Assembly (NCBI GenBank): GCA_964035545.1
Contig: OZ037768.1
Span: forward strand, 13,773,675 to 13,837,674
DNA from: Bugula neritina
Lineage: Eukaryota > Animalia > Bryozoa
Reading direction: 5' to 3'
Length of the DNA stretch: 64,000 bases
Both the position numbers and the translations under genes were made by a program. Shown here piece by piece: positions 52,017-61,463 of the stretch. The stretch's first letter is position 1. Every line of letters starts with the position of its first letter. A model generated the notes under the pieces. It saw nothing but the letters and a program-made list of their open reading frames with translations, was not told where the DNA came from and did no database searches.

Positions 52017-53010
52017 TAGCAGCAGCCATAGTAACAGTAATGGCAGCAGCAGTAGCAGCAGCAGTAGCAGCAGTAGTAGTAGTAGTATTCTGGTAATAGT
52101 AGTACTACTAGGAAGTTAGTAAGTAAGTAGTGGCAGTACTAGTATAAGTAGTTCGAGAGCTAGTAATAGTAGCATTAACTAGTACTAAATCTAATACTAT
52201 AACTATTATTAATATTACTAATAGTATTAGTATTACTAAAAGTAAGTACCGCGTCTACTTACTACTACGTTTTAACAGTAACGGTCAACTAGTACTAGTA
52301 GTAGTAGTACTAACTAGTAGTACTACTGTTGTCTGTTAGTGTTACTAGTAGCACTAGTTATCTAGAAGTAGTACTACTACAGACTACTACTACTAGTAGT
52401 AATACTTATAGTTATACTAATAGTAAGAGTAAAGCTAAATAACTCTTAGTATTAGTATTACTGTTACTATTAGTAATACTAATAGTAATACGAATAGTAA
52501 TACTAATATAGTATTACTAATACTAATAGTAATAGTAATACTGTAAGTGTAATAGTAATACAAATACTAATAGACGTCAATATGAATATTAATAGCAATA
52601 GCAATACTTACAGTTATACTTAATATTATAGTTATACTAATACTAATAGTAATAGTAATACAGTATTACTAATAACGATAAGTAATATTTATACTTATAG
52701 TTATAGTAGGCGTAGCAGTAGCCTTAATACCAATAGTATTACTAATACTAATACTTAATAATAATACTAATATAGTAATACTAATAGTAATAGTCATACT
52801 TATACTAATAGTAATAGTTATAGTAATACTAATACTAATAGTAATACTATTTACTAATAGTAATGGTAATCTAATAGTAGTTGTACTTACAGTTAGTGCT
52901 ATTATTTAAACTTTACCAACTCTTAGTTTTACTAGTAGCACTAGCAGTACTATTACTAGTAAGTAGTACTTCCAGTACTTGTAGTAGTACCAAACTTAGT
53001 ACTAGTAGTA
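52017..53010. repeat. Degenerate AGT/AAT/ACT trinucleotide low-complexity tract
   Basis: Alternating (AGT/AAT)n and (ACT/ATT)n blocks upstream of GPATCH1. Confidence 0.85.
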
Positions 53011-53488
53011 GTAGTACAAATTCATCTTGATATTCATGTTGTCGACCAACCGAGAAAACATTAAAAATGTATATCTGTAGACTCGCTACGACTATTGTAA
53101 TACTTCTATAACCCAGGTTTCTCATCTGGAAAAACTTGACGAACAAACTACTGTACAAACTGGAGATGCTGATGCTGGATTCAAGTCGAACTCTACTATA
53201 TGCAGGGGAGACAATAAACAAATATTTTAACTCCATTTTGTTGCGTTACACAAATCCTATAATTATCTTTCAAGTCATGGTAGTCACTCACGTATGCACT
53301 TCTAATTGATAATTCACCACCTGGTTAGTATAAAAATCAAATCTATTCTAATTCTATTTTCTAAATAGTGTCACAAATGCAGACCTTAAGGCAGTTAACG
53401 TGTTTCTTTTTAATATAATAATAATATTTATATATTCAAATTGAAATTAATATTAATTGTAAATTTTAATTTAATAATAATTTTATTT

Positions 53489-54010
53489 CTAATAGTAATA
53501 GTAATACTAAGAGTAATCTTGTATTTCACTACTTGTAGTTGTGTTATTAGTATTAGTATTACTAGTACTAGTACTCAAGTACTCAACTAGTAGTAGTACA
53601 AGTACTACTAATACTAATACTAATAAATAGTAATAGACTAATAGTAATAGTAATACTGAGTAATAGTAATACTATGTCTATTACTATTACTATTAGTATT
53701 AGTAATAGTAATGCTAACAGGAATACTAATAGTAATAGTATTTATTAGTAATACTAATACTAATAGTAATACTAATACTAATAGTAATGGTGATAAAAAT
53801 ACTAATAATTATAATAGGCAATAGCTGAACTTAAATAAAAATAAAATAAATTAATCAATTTAAATTTCAATAGATATATTAATTAATATTAATAATAGAT
53901 ATGAATAATATTTTCTTTTTATTAATAGGCCTAGTATTTGTAATATCAATAGTATCAAATTCAATTTGAGCATTATTGTTATTATTGGTACTACTAGTCA
54001 GTACTACTAT
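53489..54010. repeat. Second block of AGT/AAT/ACT low-complexity sequence, continuing after the retrotransposon at about 61464-61700
   Basis: The same triplet composition occurs on both sides of the LTR element. Confidence 0.75.
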
Positions 54011-54316
54011 TGTTATGTTTTCCAGATTTAGGGTTGATGTGCCACCAAGAGAATCTATTTATCACTAGAGAAACTTCACCGAGTTAAGTCGAGTAGATAT
54101 CGTTATATTTTAATACAAGAATACATAATAAAATCTAATGTACAACAGTAATGATACGCACGTCTATTTAATTTACAGCACTATCCTCAACTGAGCTAGT
54201 AGCGCGAAGCTGCTACTATTACTCATAAAACAGCCTAGCTAATTGGCTAATACATTGTTCCGGGTCAATACGCAACCTTGCGTATTGTGTTGCTGGTAGC
54301 TCCACGAGCCACCACA
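54011..54316 (-). repeat. 3' LTR (306 bp)
   Basis: Identical to 61158-61463 except G54158 versus A61305. Confidence 0.98.
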
Positions 54317-54327
54317 CTGCCCCCTCC
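54317..54327 (-). promoter_or_regulatory. Polypurine tract
   Basis: Minus strand GGAGGGGGCAG immediately before the TG of the 3' LTR. Confidence 0.85.
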
Positions 54328-54589
54328 AGCAGAAAGCCCACTTTCTGATAAAAATAAGATTCACATAAAAAACGTATACTTCGTTGTGGGGGGGGGGGGG
54401 TAAGAGAACAGTATAAAAGTATATACAAAAAAACAACAACTGATAAAATATACAGGTATATATAACGTGCACAATAAGTAATAAGTAAGAGAAGGTCCTA
54501 TCTACATGTAGAGTACGTGCCACCATTACGGTAGGGAATGCCACAGAGAGGTAGGGGAAGAGTAGTATGGAATTGTAGGTAGACTCAAG

Positions 54590-55663
54590 TTAACTGCGGG
54601 CCGCACGCTTCATGCGTTTAATAGACTCCTGTAAATATTTGAGTTCACTGGATGCAGCCTGCACCCGTGGGGCCAGTCTGTACACTTCTTGCTCTAAGTC
54701 GTGTGCCCTAGCTTCTACTTCACGTAGGTTGCGGGCCCAGGGGGACGAGCGAGAGGAAGTCGGCTGTCTGTGTCTTTTCCGCTCTGAGGATGGAAGGGGA
54801 GGAGGGAGTGTATATGCATTTGTGTCTACCCTCTGTAGTACGACACGAGGAAAGGTATGCGGCATGCGTAGAGGACTGTGAGGTGGAGAGTTAGTAGACT
54901 GTGTAGGTTTATCTGCGGCTCCAGAGATGATGGGTCGCGGGGAAGGGAAGCCTTGCTCCAGGCGAGATAGCCGAGCTGAGTCAGTGATGAGTGGTTTGAT
55001 GGCGTTGAGAAAGGCAGGATAGGATGATTCGTCTACTTCATAGACATGCCCTTGATAACACTGCATAGTACGTTGGTGCCGCAATAGGTAATCACGATTG
55101 TAGCTATATTCTCCGCAAGGGCAGAAAGTGGTGATGTAGTGCTGCGGCAAGTGTACTTTTAGTCTGCGGTGGGTTGTGAATCGCTGCTGGCAGAGGTTGC
55201 ATTCACGGTTACTCTCACCTCCTTGATGGGTCCTAATCTCTCTCTCTGTGGCAGGGGTAATCCAGTTGGAGGTTGCTTCCAACTGGGGTGGCAGTTGCCT
55301 GGTTGTAGAAGTTGTTGGGGCCGGCTCTGGGTCCCACGCCATCTCTAGGGAAGGCATGCCCGGAGAGACGGGCGCGAGTGTGTCTACAAAAGTAGAATTA
55401 TTGTTAGATCGCGGTGGATCTTTACAACATAATTCTAGTGACTGTCGACCGTTGCTAGCCTGAGAGTCACAGCTTTTGGAATGCACTCGAGGAACCGATG
55501 AATCATGTGTGGACTGGCCAAGAACAGTGTCTAGCTCCAGGTCTAACAGACCGTCGGCCATTACAGTGTCTTCATCGTCATTCACATGAAACGTGGTTCC
55601 CAGTAATTCTGATTCAATCTGCTGAATTAGTTCAGAATTTACTGGCATCGAGCCCGTTTCCAT
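54590..55663 (-). CDS. Retrotransposon ORF3 (357 aa): acidic N-terminus, C2H2 and C2HC zinc fingers, PxVxL motif, basic patch, C-terminal coiled coil; not env
   Basis: ATG lies 17 nt after the pol stop. CNLCQQRFTTHRRLKVHLPQH is C-x2-C-x12-H-x3-H; CPCGEYSYNRDYLLRHQRTMQC is C-x-C-x12-H-x5-C. No signal peptide or transmembrane stretch is visible. Confidence 0.85.
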   Translation of the reverse strand: METGSMPVNSELIQQIESELLGTTFHVNDDEDTVMADGLLDLELDTVLGQSTHDSSVPRVHSKSCDSQASNGRQSLELCCKDPPRSNNNSTFVDTLAPVSPGMPSLEMAWDPEPAPTTSTTRQLPPQLEATSNWITPATEREIRTHQGGESNRECNLCQQRFTTHRRLKVHLPQHYITTFCPCGEYSYNRDYLLRHQRTMQCYQGHVYEVDESSYPAFLNAIKPLITDSARLSRLEQGFPSPRPIISGAADKPTQSTNSPPHSPLRMPHTFPRVVLQRVDTNAYTLPPPLPSSERKRHRQPTSSRSSPWARNLREVEARAHDLEQEVYRLAPRVQAASSELKYLQESIKRMKRAARS

Positions 55664-55680
55664 GAATAGGAATACAAGAC

Positions 55681-58600
55681 TTATACTGGCTTACTTGGGA
55701 ACTCGGTATTAATGTCCATACTCAACGTTCTTGGTAAGGTTGGAGCTGGTTGTGAGATACGTCTGCCTTTGGCGATGTCAGCATAAGAAAAGGCTGAGCA
55801 TCGTTTCTGAGGCACGAGGTCGGAACTATTTGCTTTACGCGCATTAATTCCTCCCACTATTCCGCCCTCGCAAAAGTTGATATTTGCGTGGGGTTCACAA
55901 CTCCAACATTTTATCGTACGGTTTTCCCCTAGACTTTCATGTGCGCCGCTTCTAATGCAGTCACATACGAAGTCTTTTAAATATGGTGGGGGTTTTCTCG
56001 TACGCTGTCCCCTTTCTAGGGGGGGTGACACGCTTGCCGGTTCGTTAGTAGGGGCCTCTAATGGCGTCTCTACTTCACCGTTAGCGGTCACCTCTTCTTG
56101 TTCTCCGGATGGAGCCCCTCCCTCCGTGGGGGTTTGCACTTCCGGAACCGGCTCGGTTTCTGGAAGTGATGGAGTTAGACTCGGCGGTGGCGGACACGCT
56201 TCTGTTGACAAAAGCTGCCGCTCCTCTCTCACCAAGTTTTCCTCCCGCGGTATGACCACTTCGTATTCAGGTCCATGCCGCCGTCGCCCGCGCGTCGTTG
56301 TCTGCCTCCTGGGCTCCAACAACGGGGGGGCTTCTCCCACTCCGTCGGGGCTAGCCCAATACGGTTTCAAGCGAGACTCATTCTGGATAGACACCTGTCC
56401 TGAGCGCTCGATCTTGTACGTATGATTGGGCATAGCCTCGACGACCACGTAGGGGCCTACGAACTTAGGCTTCAGTTTATCAGCCTGTCCGCGACGCCTA
56501 CGGTAATTGACCATCCACACCTTATCTCCCGTTTGATAGAGAGGTGGTTCATCGGAATCTTCGTGCCGCACCTTCCACTGCTGTTGACGCAGTATATCGT
56601 GTGCGGCCTTCATCCGTTCCACTAGTTCACTGGCATACTCGTGAACCGAGTTGTCTTGCTCTGGAACGTGATAGGTGAGATGGTCAGGGACACGAGTCTC
56701 TCTCCCGAGCATCAAGAGGTTTGGGGTCTCACCAGTACTGGTGTGTGGGGTGCTACGGTATGCACGCATGACTTGCGGCAACACCGTATCCCATTCCTCT
56801 TGACCTCGTCCAAGGAGGAGACTCCGGAGTGCATCACCTAGCATCCGGTTGTTGCGCTCCACCACCCCGTTACCTTGAGGGTGGTAGGGGGTGGTCCTGC
56901 TCTGATTTACTCCCCAGAGGTGGCAAAGGTCGCTCATCAGTTGAGACTGGAATTGAGCGCCTTGATCAGAGTGTATCTGTTCGGGAAGCCCAAAATAACA
57001 GAATACATGTTGGTCTAGTGCCCTGGCCACTGTTGGGGCTGATGCATCTGGGATAGCCAGAGCATCCGCCCAGCTAGTAAAGTGGTCGGTTAGTACTAGG
57101 ATCCAATTATTGCCTCTGGGGGTCAGGGGCATGGGTCCGACCAGGTCTACAGCGACTACTTGCCAGGGCCTACCAGCATATAGCCTCCGCCGTCCTGCTT
57201 CGCCAGGGGGGGCGGCTATGCTTACTGGCCTGGCAGATCTCACACTGTTTGACTCTGAGCCGGACATCACGCTCCATCTGCGGCCAATACCACCGGAGTC
57301 GTAATTTGGATATCACTCGCTTGACCCCTGCGTGGGCCTGTTTGTGAGTATCCCAAATCAACTCACGGCGGATGGCCGTGGGGCAGACTACCCTCTTCCT
57401 TTCCGGGTGTCTGCCGCTGGCAGCTAGGGAGATGGTTAGTAACCCATCCTGCCCGATCCGCAGCGAGTCCCAACGCTGACAGTATAGCCGGAACTCGGCG
57501 CATCCCTGTCGTATGCGTTCCTCGCTGGGTCGTCGCCCTTCCTTTTTGGCCCGATATATGTCTGCCACGACTCCAGGCAGTTCTTCTTGGAGCTTCTTCA
57601 GCTCGCGAACATTACCGGCCAGTACAGGATTGGCGCGGAGGTTTTTCACATCCTCCGGGGACTCATCAACTCCCTGCCTGAGTTAACCCTGGTCCCAGTC
57701 AAACGGTGCTCCGTGGTAAGCCAGCGTCTCCAACTCGCATCGCGGGGGACCTCCATCCCTCCTCTCGATGTTGAGACACTGTTTGCAACCTCCGTCAGGT
57801 CGGCGACTCAGCCCATCCGCGTTGCTGTGTCTCTTGCCCGGTCGATGTTCGATCCGGTATGAGAATTCAGCTAGGATTTCGAGCCACCGGGCGACCTGAC
57901 TAGAGGGCTCTGCTCTCTTGCACAACCAGATCAGCGAGGCATGATCCGTACGCAGCCGGAACTTCCTGCCGTATAGGTATGGTCTGAAGTGCTTCACTGA
58001 CTTGATTACTGCCAGCAGCTCCTTGCGGGTAGTGCAGTAATTTTGTTCAGCGGGTGAGAGAGACTTGCTGTAGTAGGCTACTACTACCTCTCGGCCTTCC
58101 TGCACTTGTGACAGCACAGCGCCAACATTTTGGTCACTGGCGTCCGTGTCGAGGATGTACTCCAGAGTGGGGTCTGGGTAGGCCAAGATGGGCGCCGTTA
58201 GTAGGCAACCCTTGCGGCGGTCGAACGCTTCTTGTTCGACTGGGGTCCACTGCCACGTCACTCCCTTTGCGGTGAGCCGATTTAACGGCTGGGCTATGCC
58301 CGCAAAGTCTGGTATGTATTGCCTGTAATACCCTACCAGCCCCAAGAAAGCCCGGAGTCCGGTCAAGTCTTGGGGGGTGACCCAGTCTTCTACCGCCCGT
58401 ACCTTTTCGGGATCCGTTGCCACGCCGTTTCGACCGACAACGTGCCCCAGGTACTTGACCTCCGGCTGCAATAGAGCGCACTTGGAAGGTTTGAGCTTGA
58501 GACCGGCACCTCGGAGTCTCTCGAAAACCTCCTGCAGACGACTGACATGTGTCTCGAAGTCTGGAGAGATTACGATGACATCATCGAGGTAGACCAGCAG

Positions 58601-60309
58601 TGTCTTCCAATGGAGTCCGCTAAGGACTTGTTCCATCAGCCTCTGGAAGGTGGCTGGGGCGGAGGTTAACCCGAAGGGCAGCACCTTCCACTTCCACAAA
58701 CCGTCCCGTGTGGTAAACGCCGCTTTCTCTTGGGCGTCGGGACTCAGAGGAACCTGCCAATAGCCGCTTAGCAAGTCTAACGTACTGAAGTACTTGCTGC
58801 CGGCTAGGGCGTCCAATGACTCGTCAATACGAGGTAGAGGGTAGGCGTCCTGTATGGTTACGCTATTGAGTTTGCGGTAGTCCACACAGAACCGCCAACT
58901 GCCGTCTTTCTTCCGGACCAGTACGACTGGCGAGCTCCACGCACTATGGGCGGGCTCTATCAGTCCCCGGTCCAGAAGATCCCGTACTTGTCGGCTAACC
59001 TCCTTCTCTTTCTCCGGCCCCAGCCTGCGCGTGGGCTGCCGGACAGGGACTGTCCCTGCAGTCAGCGGTATTTCGTGTCTGACAATTCCAGTCAGTCCCA
59101 CGTCATGCTCTTCGCTGCTGAACACATCACCGTAGTCGCGTAGTAACTTAGCCATAGCTTGGCGTTCTCTGTTACTCGCGCAGCCGCCACTGGCTGTTTC
59201 GTATAACTCTCGGAGATGTGTTGGGACTGCCCCTCGTCCCTGAATAGGGTGTCGAGGGGGCGCCTCCGTCGCGTCACCCAGCGACGGGCCCACGTCCTCT
59301 TCCTGGACGGAATGGAACCGGCCCAGCATCGACCCAGCTGGGAGCTCAATGGGCTCGGTAAAGGGGTTGACGCACTGCACTAAGACCTCCCCTCGCTCAG
59401 TTAGTCGGTTTAAACTACTGGCGAGTTGGATCCTTTCGTGCGCGCTTTCAACGACCCCGAGCCTGGCTATCCGGTTGCTGTTCACTCGGCAGTGGATAGT
59501 AGCTCTGGAGCGTCCGGGTACGGTGCAGTTTCGAACTACCTGAACACCGCCCACCAGAGGACGCCCAAACTTATCCACACAGGCGAGTTCTCGCCCGCCC
59601 ATCAGCACCACCGACTTACTAAAATCTATTCGGCACTGGTGTTGCTTCAAGAAGGGCATTCCGAGGATAGCATCTTCCTCCAGTTGACCTATGATAAAGG
59701 TCTCCTGTACAGCCTGATCTCGGACACGCCCAGGGAGCTCGATAATACCATAAAAGAGGATACATGACCCGTCTGCCAGGGTGCCATGTTCTCCAGTATA
59801 CGGTCGTACTCTATCCCTGTCCCGGCGGGGCAGTGCCTCAAAGACTCTACGACTGAGAAGGTTGGTAGTACAACCGGAGTCGAGCAGGAAAGTGACGGCG
59901 TTGCCAGCCACCTTTCCGGGTAGGAAATAGCTCTCTCCATGTGGTTGTACTTTCACCCCCCCTCCGCATGTGCTGTCCTGGAGTGACAGGACGGCGGGGG
60001 TTTCACCCGTGGTTTACGGGGCTTCCGGCGGCGAGGTTGGTGCCGGCGGGGTTTGGGGCTCTCCACTGGGCCTTCTGGCTCCATTTCAGTGGCGGGCTCC
60101 TCTTCCCGAGGTAACCGGTGAAACCGGTTAGCGAGTGGCAGGGAGAAGGTACTGGGCCGTTGTGCGGGCCTACTAGTCCTGCGTGGTACCTGCCACTCGG
60201 GTGGAGTGTTCCGTCGTGTCCGTACGGACAGACGACGGCGTGTTCCACCATACTCCTTTAGTTGCGGCCCGCGGGGAGGGAGAGTGTCCGCGGGCCGTGA
60301 CAGTTTAAC
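55681..60309 (-). pseudogene. pol: Gypsy pol (protease, RT, RNase H, integrase), disrupted in this copy
   Basis: PR motif FLLDSGC; RT motifs SPVVLVRKKDGSWRFCVDYRKLN and YLDD; RNase H motif LDTDAS..GAVL..ELLA; integrase HHCC (HKQAH..CEIC), D(VAVD)-D(HSDQG)-E(VERNN) and GPY. Lesions: frameshift in the G7 run 59956-59962, in-frame TAA at 57683-57685, and frameshift in the C7 run 57206-57212. Confidence 0.93.
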
Positions 60310-61124
60310 GCCCCCTGGTATTGGGGTCGTCCTTTCTGTCCCTGGTCCTGATCAGCGCTATTCCAGCCCTGCCCTACAGGTGTTGGAGGCACCCGCAGGG
60401 CCTGACCGGGGCCAGCACCGGCCAGAATGGTTACCAGTTGTCCCAGCATCTCTACCATACGGTCCACTTCGGCTTCCAGCGGGAGGGCTTCGGGGCCTGT
60501 CGTAGCCCTGGCAGCGTTGACTCCAACTACTGGTGGGCTCCGTTGTGCTCGATGCATTTGGGTAGCCAACAGGTAAGCTTCTCCAGCCTTCAGGGCATCC
60601 TCTATTCTGGTTATCCCTTTAGCTCGTAGTTGATGGTTTAGGCCCAGGTCGTTTAGTGACTGGACAAAGGCGTCATAGGTGTAACGCTCTTGGTGTTGTG
60701 CGGGCAGATCGCTATATGCAATCTGCGCCAGCTTCTTCACCGTCGCGGCATGTTCTTGCAGCGAGGTCCGCGGGTTGCGGCACAATCTCTCTAGCTTGGT
60801 CCTAGCGTCTACTGTGGAGATGCCAAAACGGGCCCGCAGCGCAGCCAGTATTCCGTCTACGTCCGTTCCTACTCCGTACGGCTTGGCTTGCTCCGTCACC
60901 GCTCTCCGCAATTGAATAAGGGCCACTCTATGCGGCCATTGAGCAACCTCCATTACCTCTCTAAATTCTTGTATAAATTGTTCGACATCTTCCGACCCAG
61001 TAAAGGTGGGAGCCTTCAAGCAATGTCTATAAGCTTCTTCTCCCTCACGATTCACAGGATTAACAGCATTGCTACGCTCACCTTCTACTGGGGGTGGTTG
61101 CATTCTAGCATTTTCAGTCTCCAT
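60258..61124 (-). CDS. gag: Gypsy gag (288 aa)
   Basis: First ORF, starting 14 nt after the primer binding site. KAPTFTGSEDVEQFIQEF...W...LRARFG is a typical Ty3/Gypsy capsid N-terminal pattern. Confidence 0.9.
   Translation of the reverse strand: METENARMQPPPVEGERSNAVNPVNREGEEAYRHCLKAPTFTGSEDVEQFIQEFREVMEVAQWPHRVALIQLRRAVTEQAKPYGVGTDVDGILAALRARFGISTVDARTKLERLCRNPRTSLQEHAATVKKLAQIAYSDLPAQHQERYTYDAFVQSLNDLGLNHQLRAKGITRIEDALKAGEAYLLATQMHRAQRSPPVVGVNAARATTGPEALPLEAEVDRMVEMLGQLVTILAGAGPGQALRVPPTPVGQGWNSADQDQGQKGRPQYQGALNCHGPRTLSLPAGRN
60265..60309 (-). promoter_or_regulatory. Putative -1 programmed ribosomal frameshift signal (G TTA AAC plus GC-rich stem-loop)
   Basis: GTTAAAC at 60309-60303 in the gag frame, a 5-nt spacer, then the perfect 10-bp stem CGGCCCGCGG/CCGCGGGCCG with a 13-nt loop. 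The -1 frame stays open for about 115 codons toward the protease. Confidence 0.75.
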
Positions 61125-61138
61125 CTTTGATGTACACT

Positions 61139-61156
61139 ATCCCACCGCTGCCACCA
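61139..61156 (-). promoter_or_regulatory. Primer binding site complementary to the tRNA-Leu 3' end
   Basis: Minus strand TGGTGGCAGCGGTGGGAT, 1 nt inside the 5' LTR. The plus strand ATCCCACCGCTGCCACCA equals the 3' 18 nt of animal tRNA-Leu(AAG/TAG) as I recall it. Confidence 0.85.
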
Positions 61157-61157
61157 C

Positions 61158-61463
61158 TGTTATGTTTTCCAGATTTAGGGTTGATGTGCCACCAAGAGAA
61201 TCTATTTATCACTAGAGAAACTTCACCGAGTTAAGTCGAGTAGATATCGTTATATTTTAATACAAGAATACATAATAAAATCTAATGTACAACAGTAATG
61301 ATACACACGTCTATTTAATTTACAGCACTATCCTCAACTGAGCTAGTAGCGCGAAGCTGCTACTATTACTCATAAAACAGCCTAGCTAATTGGCTAATAC
61401 ATTGTTCCGGGTCAATACGCAACCTTGCGTATTGTGTTGCTGGTAGCTCCACGAGCCACCACA
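61158..61463 (-). repeat. 5' LTR (306 bp)
   Basis: TGTGGTGG...CATAACA on the minus strand, containing CCAAT, a TCAGTT initiator-like motif and ATTAAA. Confidence 0.98.

Larger units (their letters stand above)
54011..61463 (-). mobile_element. Full-length Ty3/Gypsy LTR retrotransposon (7453 bp), gag-pol-ORF3
   Basis: TG...CA LTRs at 54011-54316 and 61158-61463, CTAT target duplication at 54007-54010 and 61464-61467, primer binding site, polypurine tract, and domain order PR-RT-RH-IN. Confidence 0.98.

Noticed and set aside
54590-55663. ORF3 as an envelope gene (endogenous retrovirus)
   Set aside because: No signal peptide, transmembrane anchor or fusion peptide is visible; the zinc fingers indicate a nuclear protein.
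55681-56400. Chromodomain at the integrase C-terminus
   Set aside because: The region after GPY is Pro/Glu-rich with RTRKPPPYLKDF; no chromodomain aromatic pattern is seen.
60003-60251. 82-aa ORF in the gag frame after the gag stop (stop read-through model)
   Set aside because: It ends in TGA out of frame with the protease; the -1 frame with slippery site and hairpin explains gag-pol joining better.
54612-61130. Many plus-strand ORFs antisense to gag, pol and ORF3
   Set aside because: These are expected shadow ORFs in GC-rich coding DNA and have no recognisable motifs.
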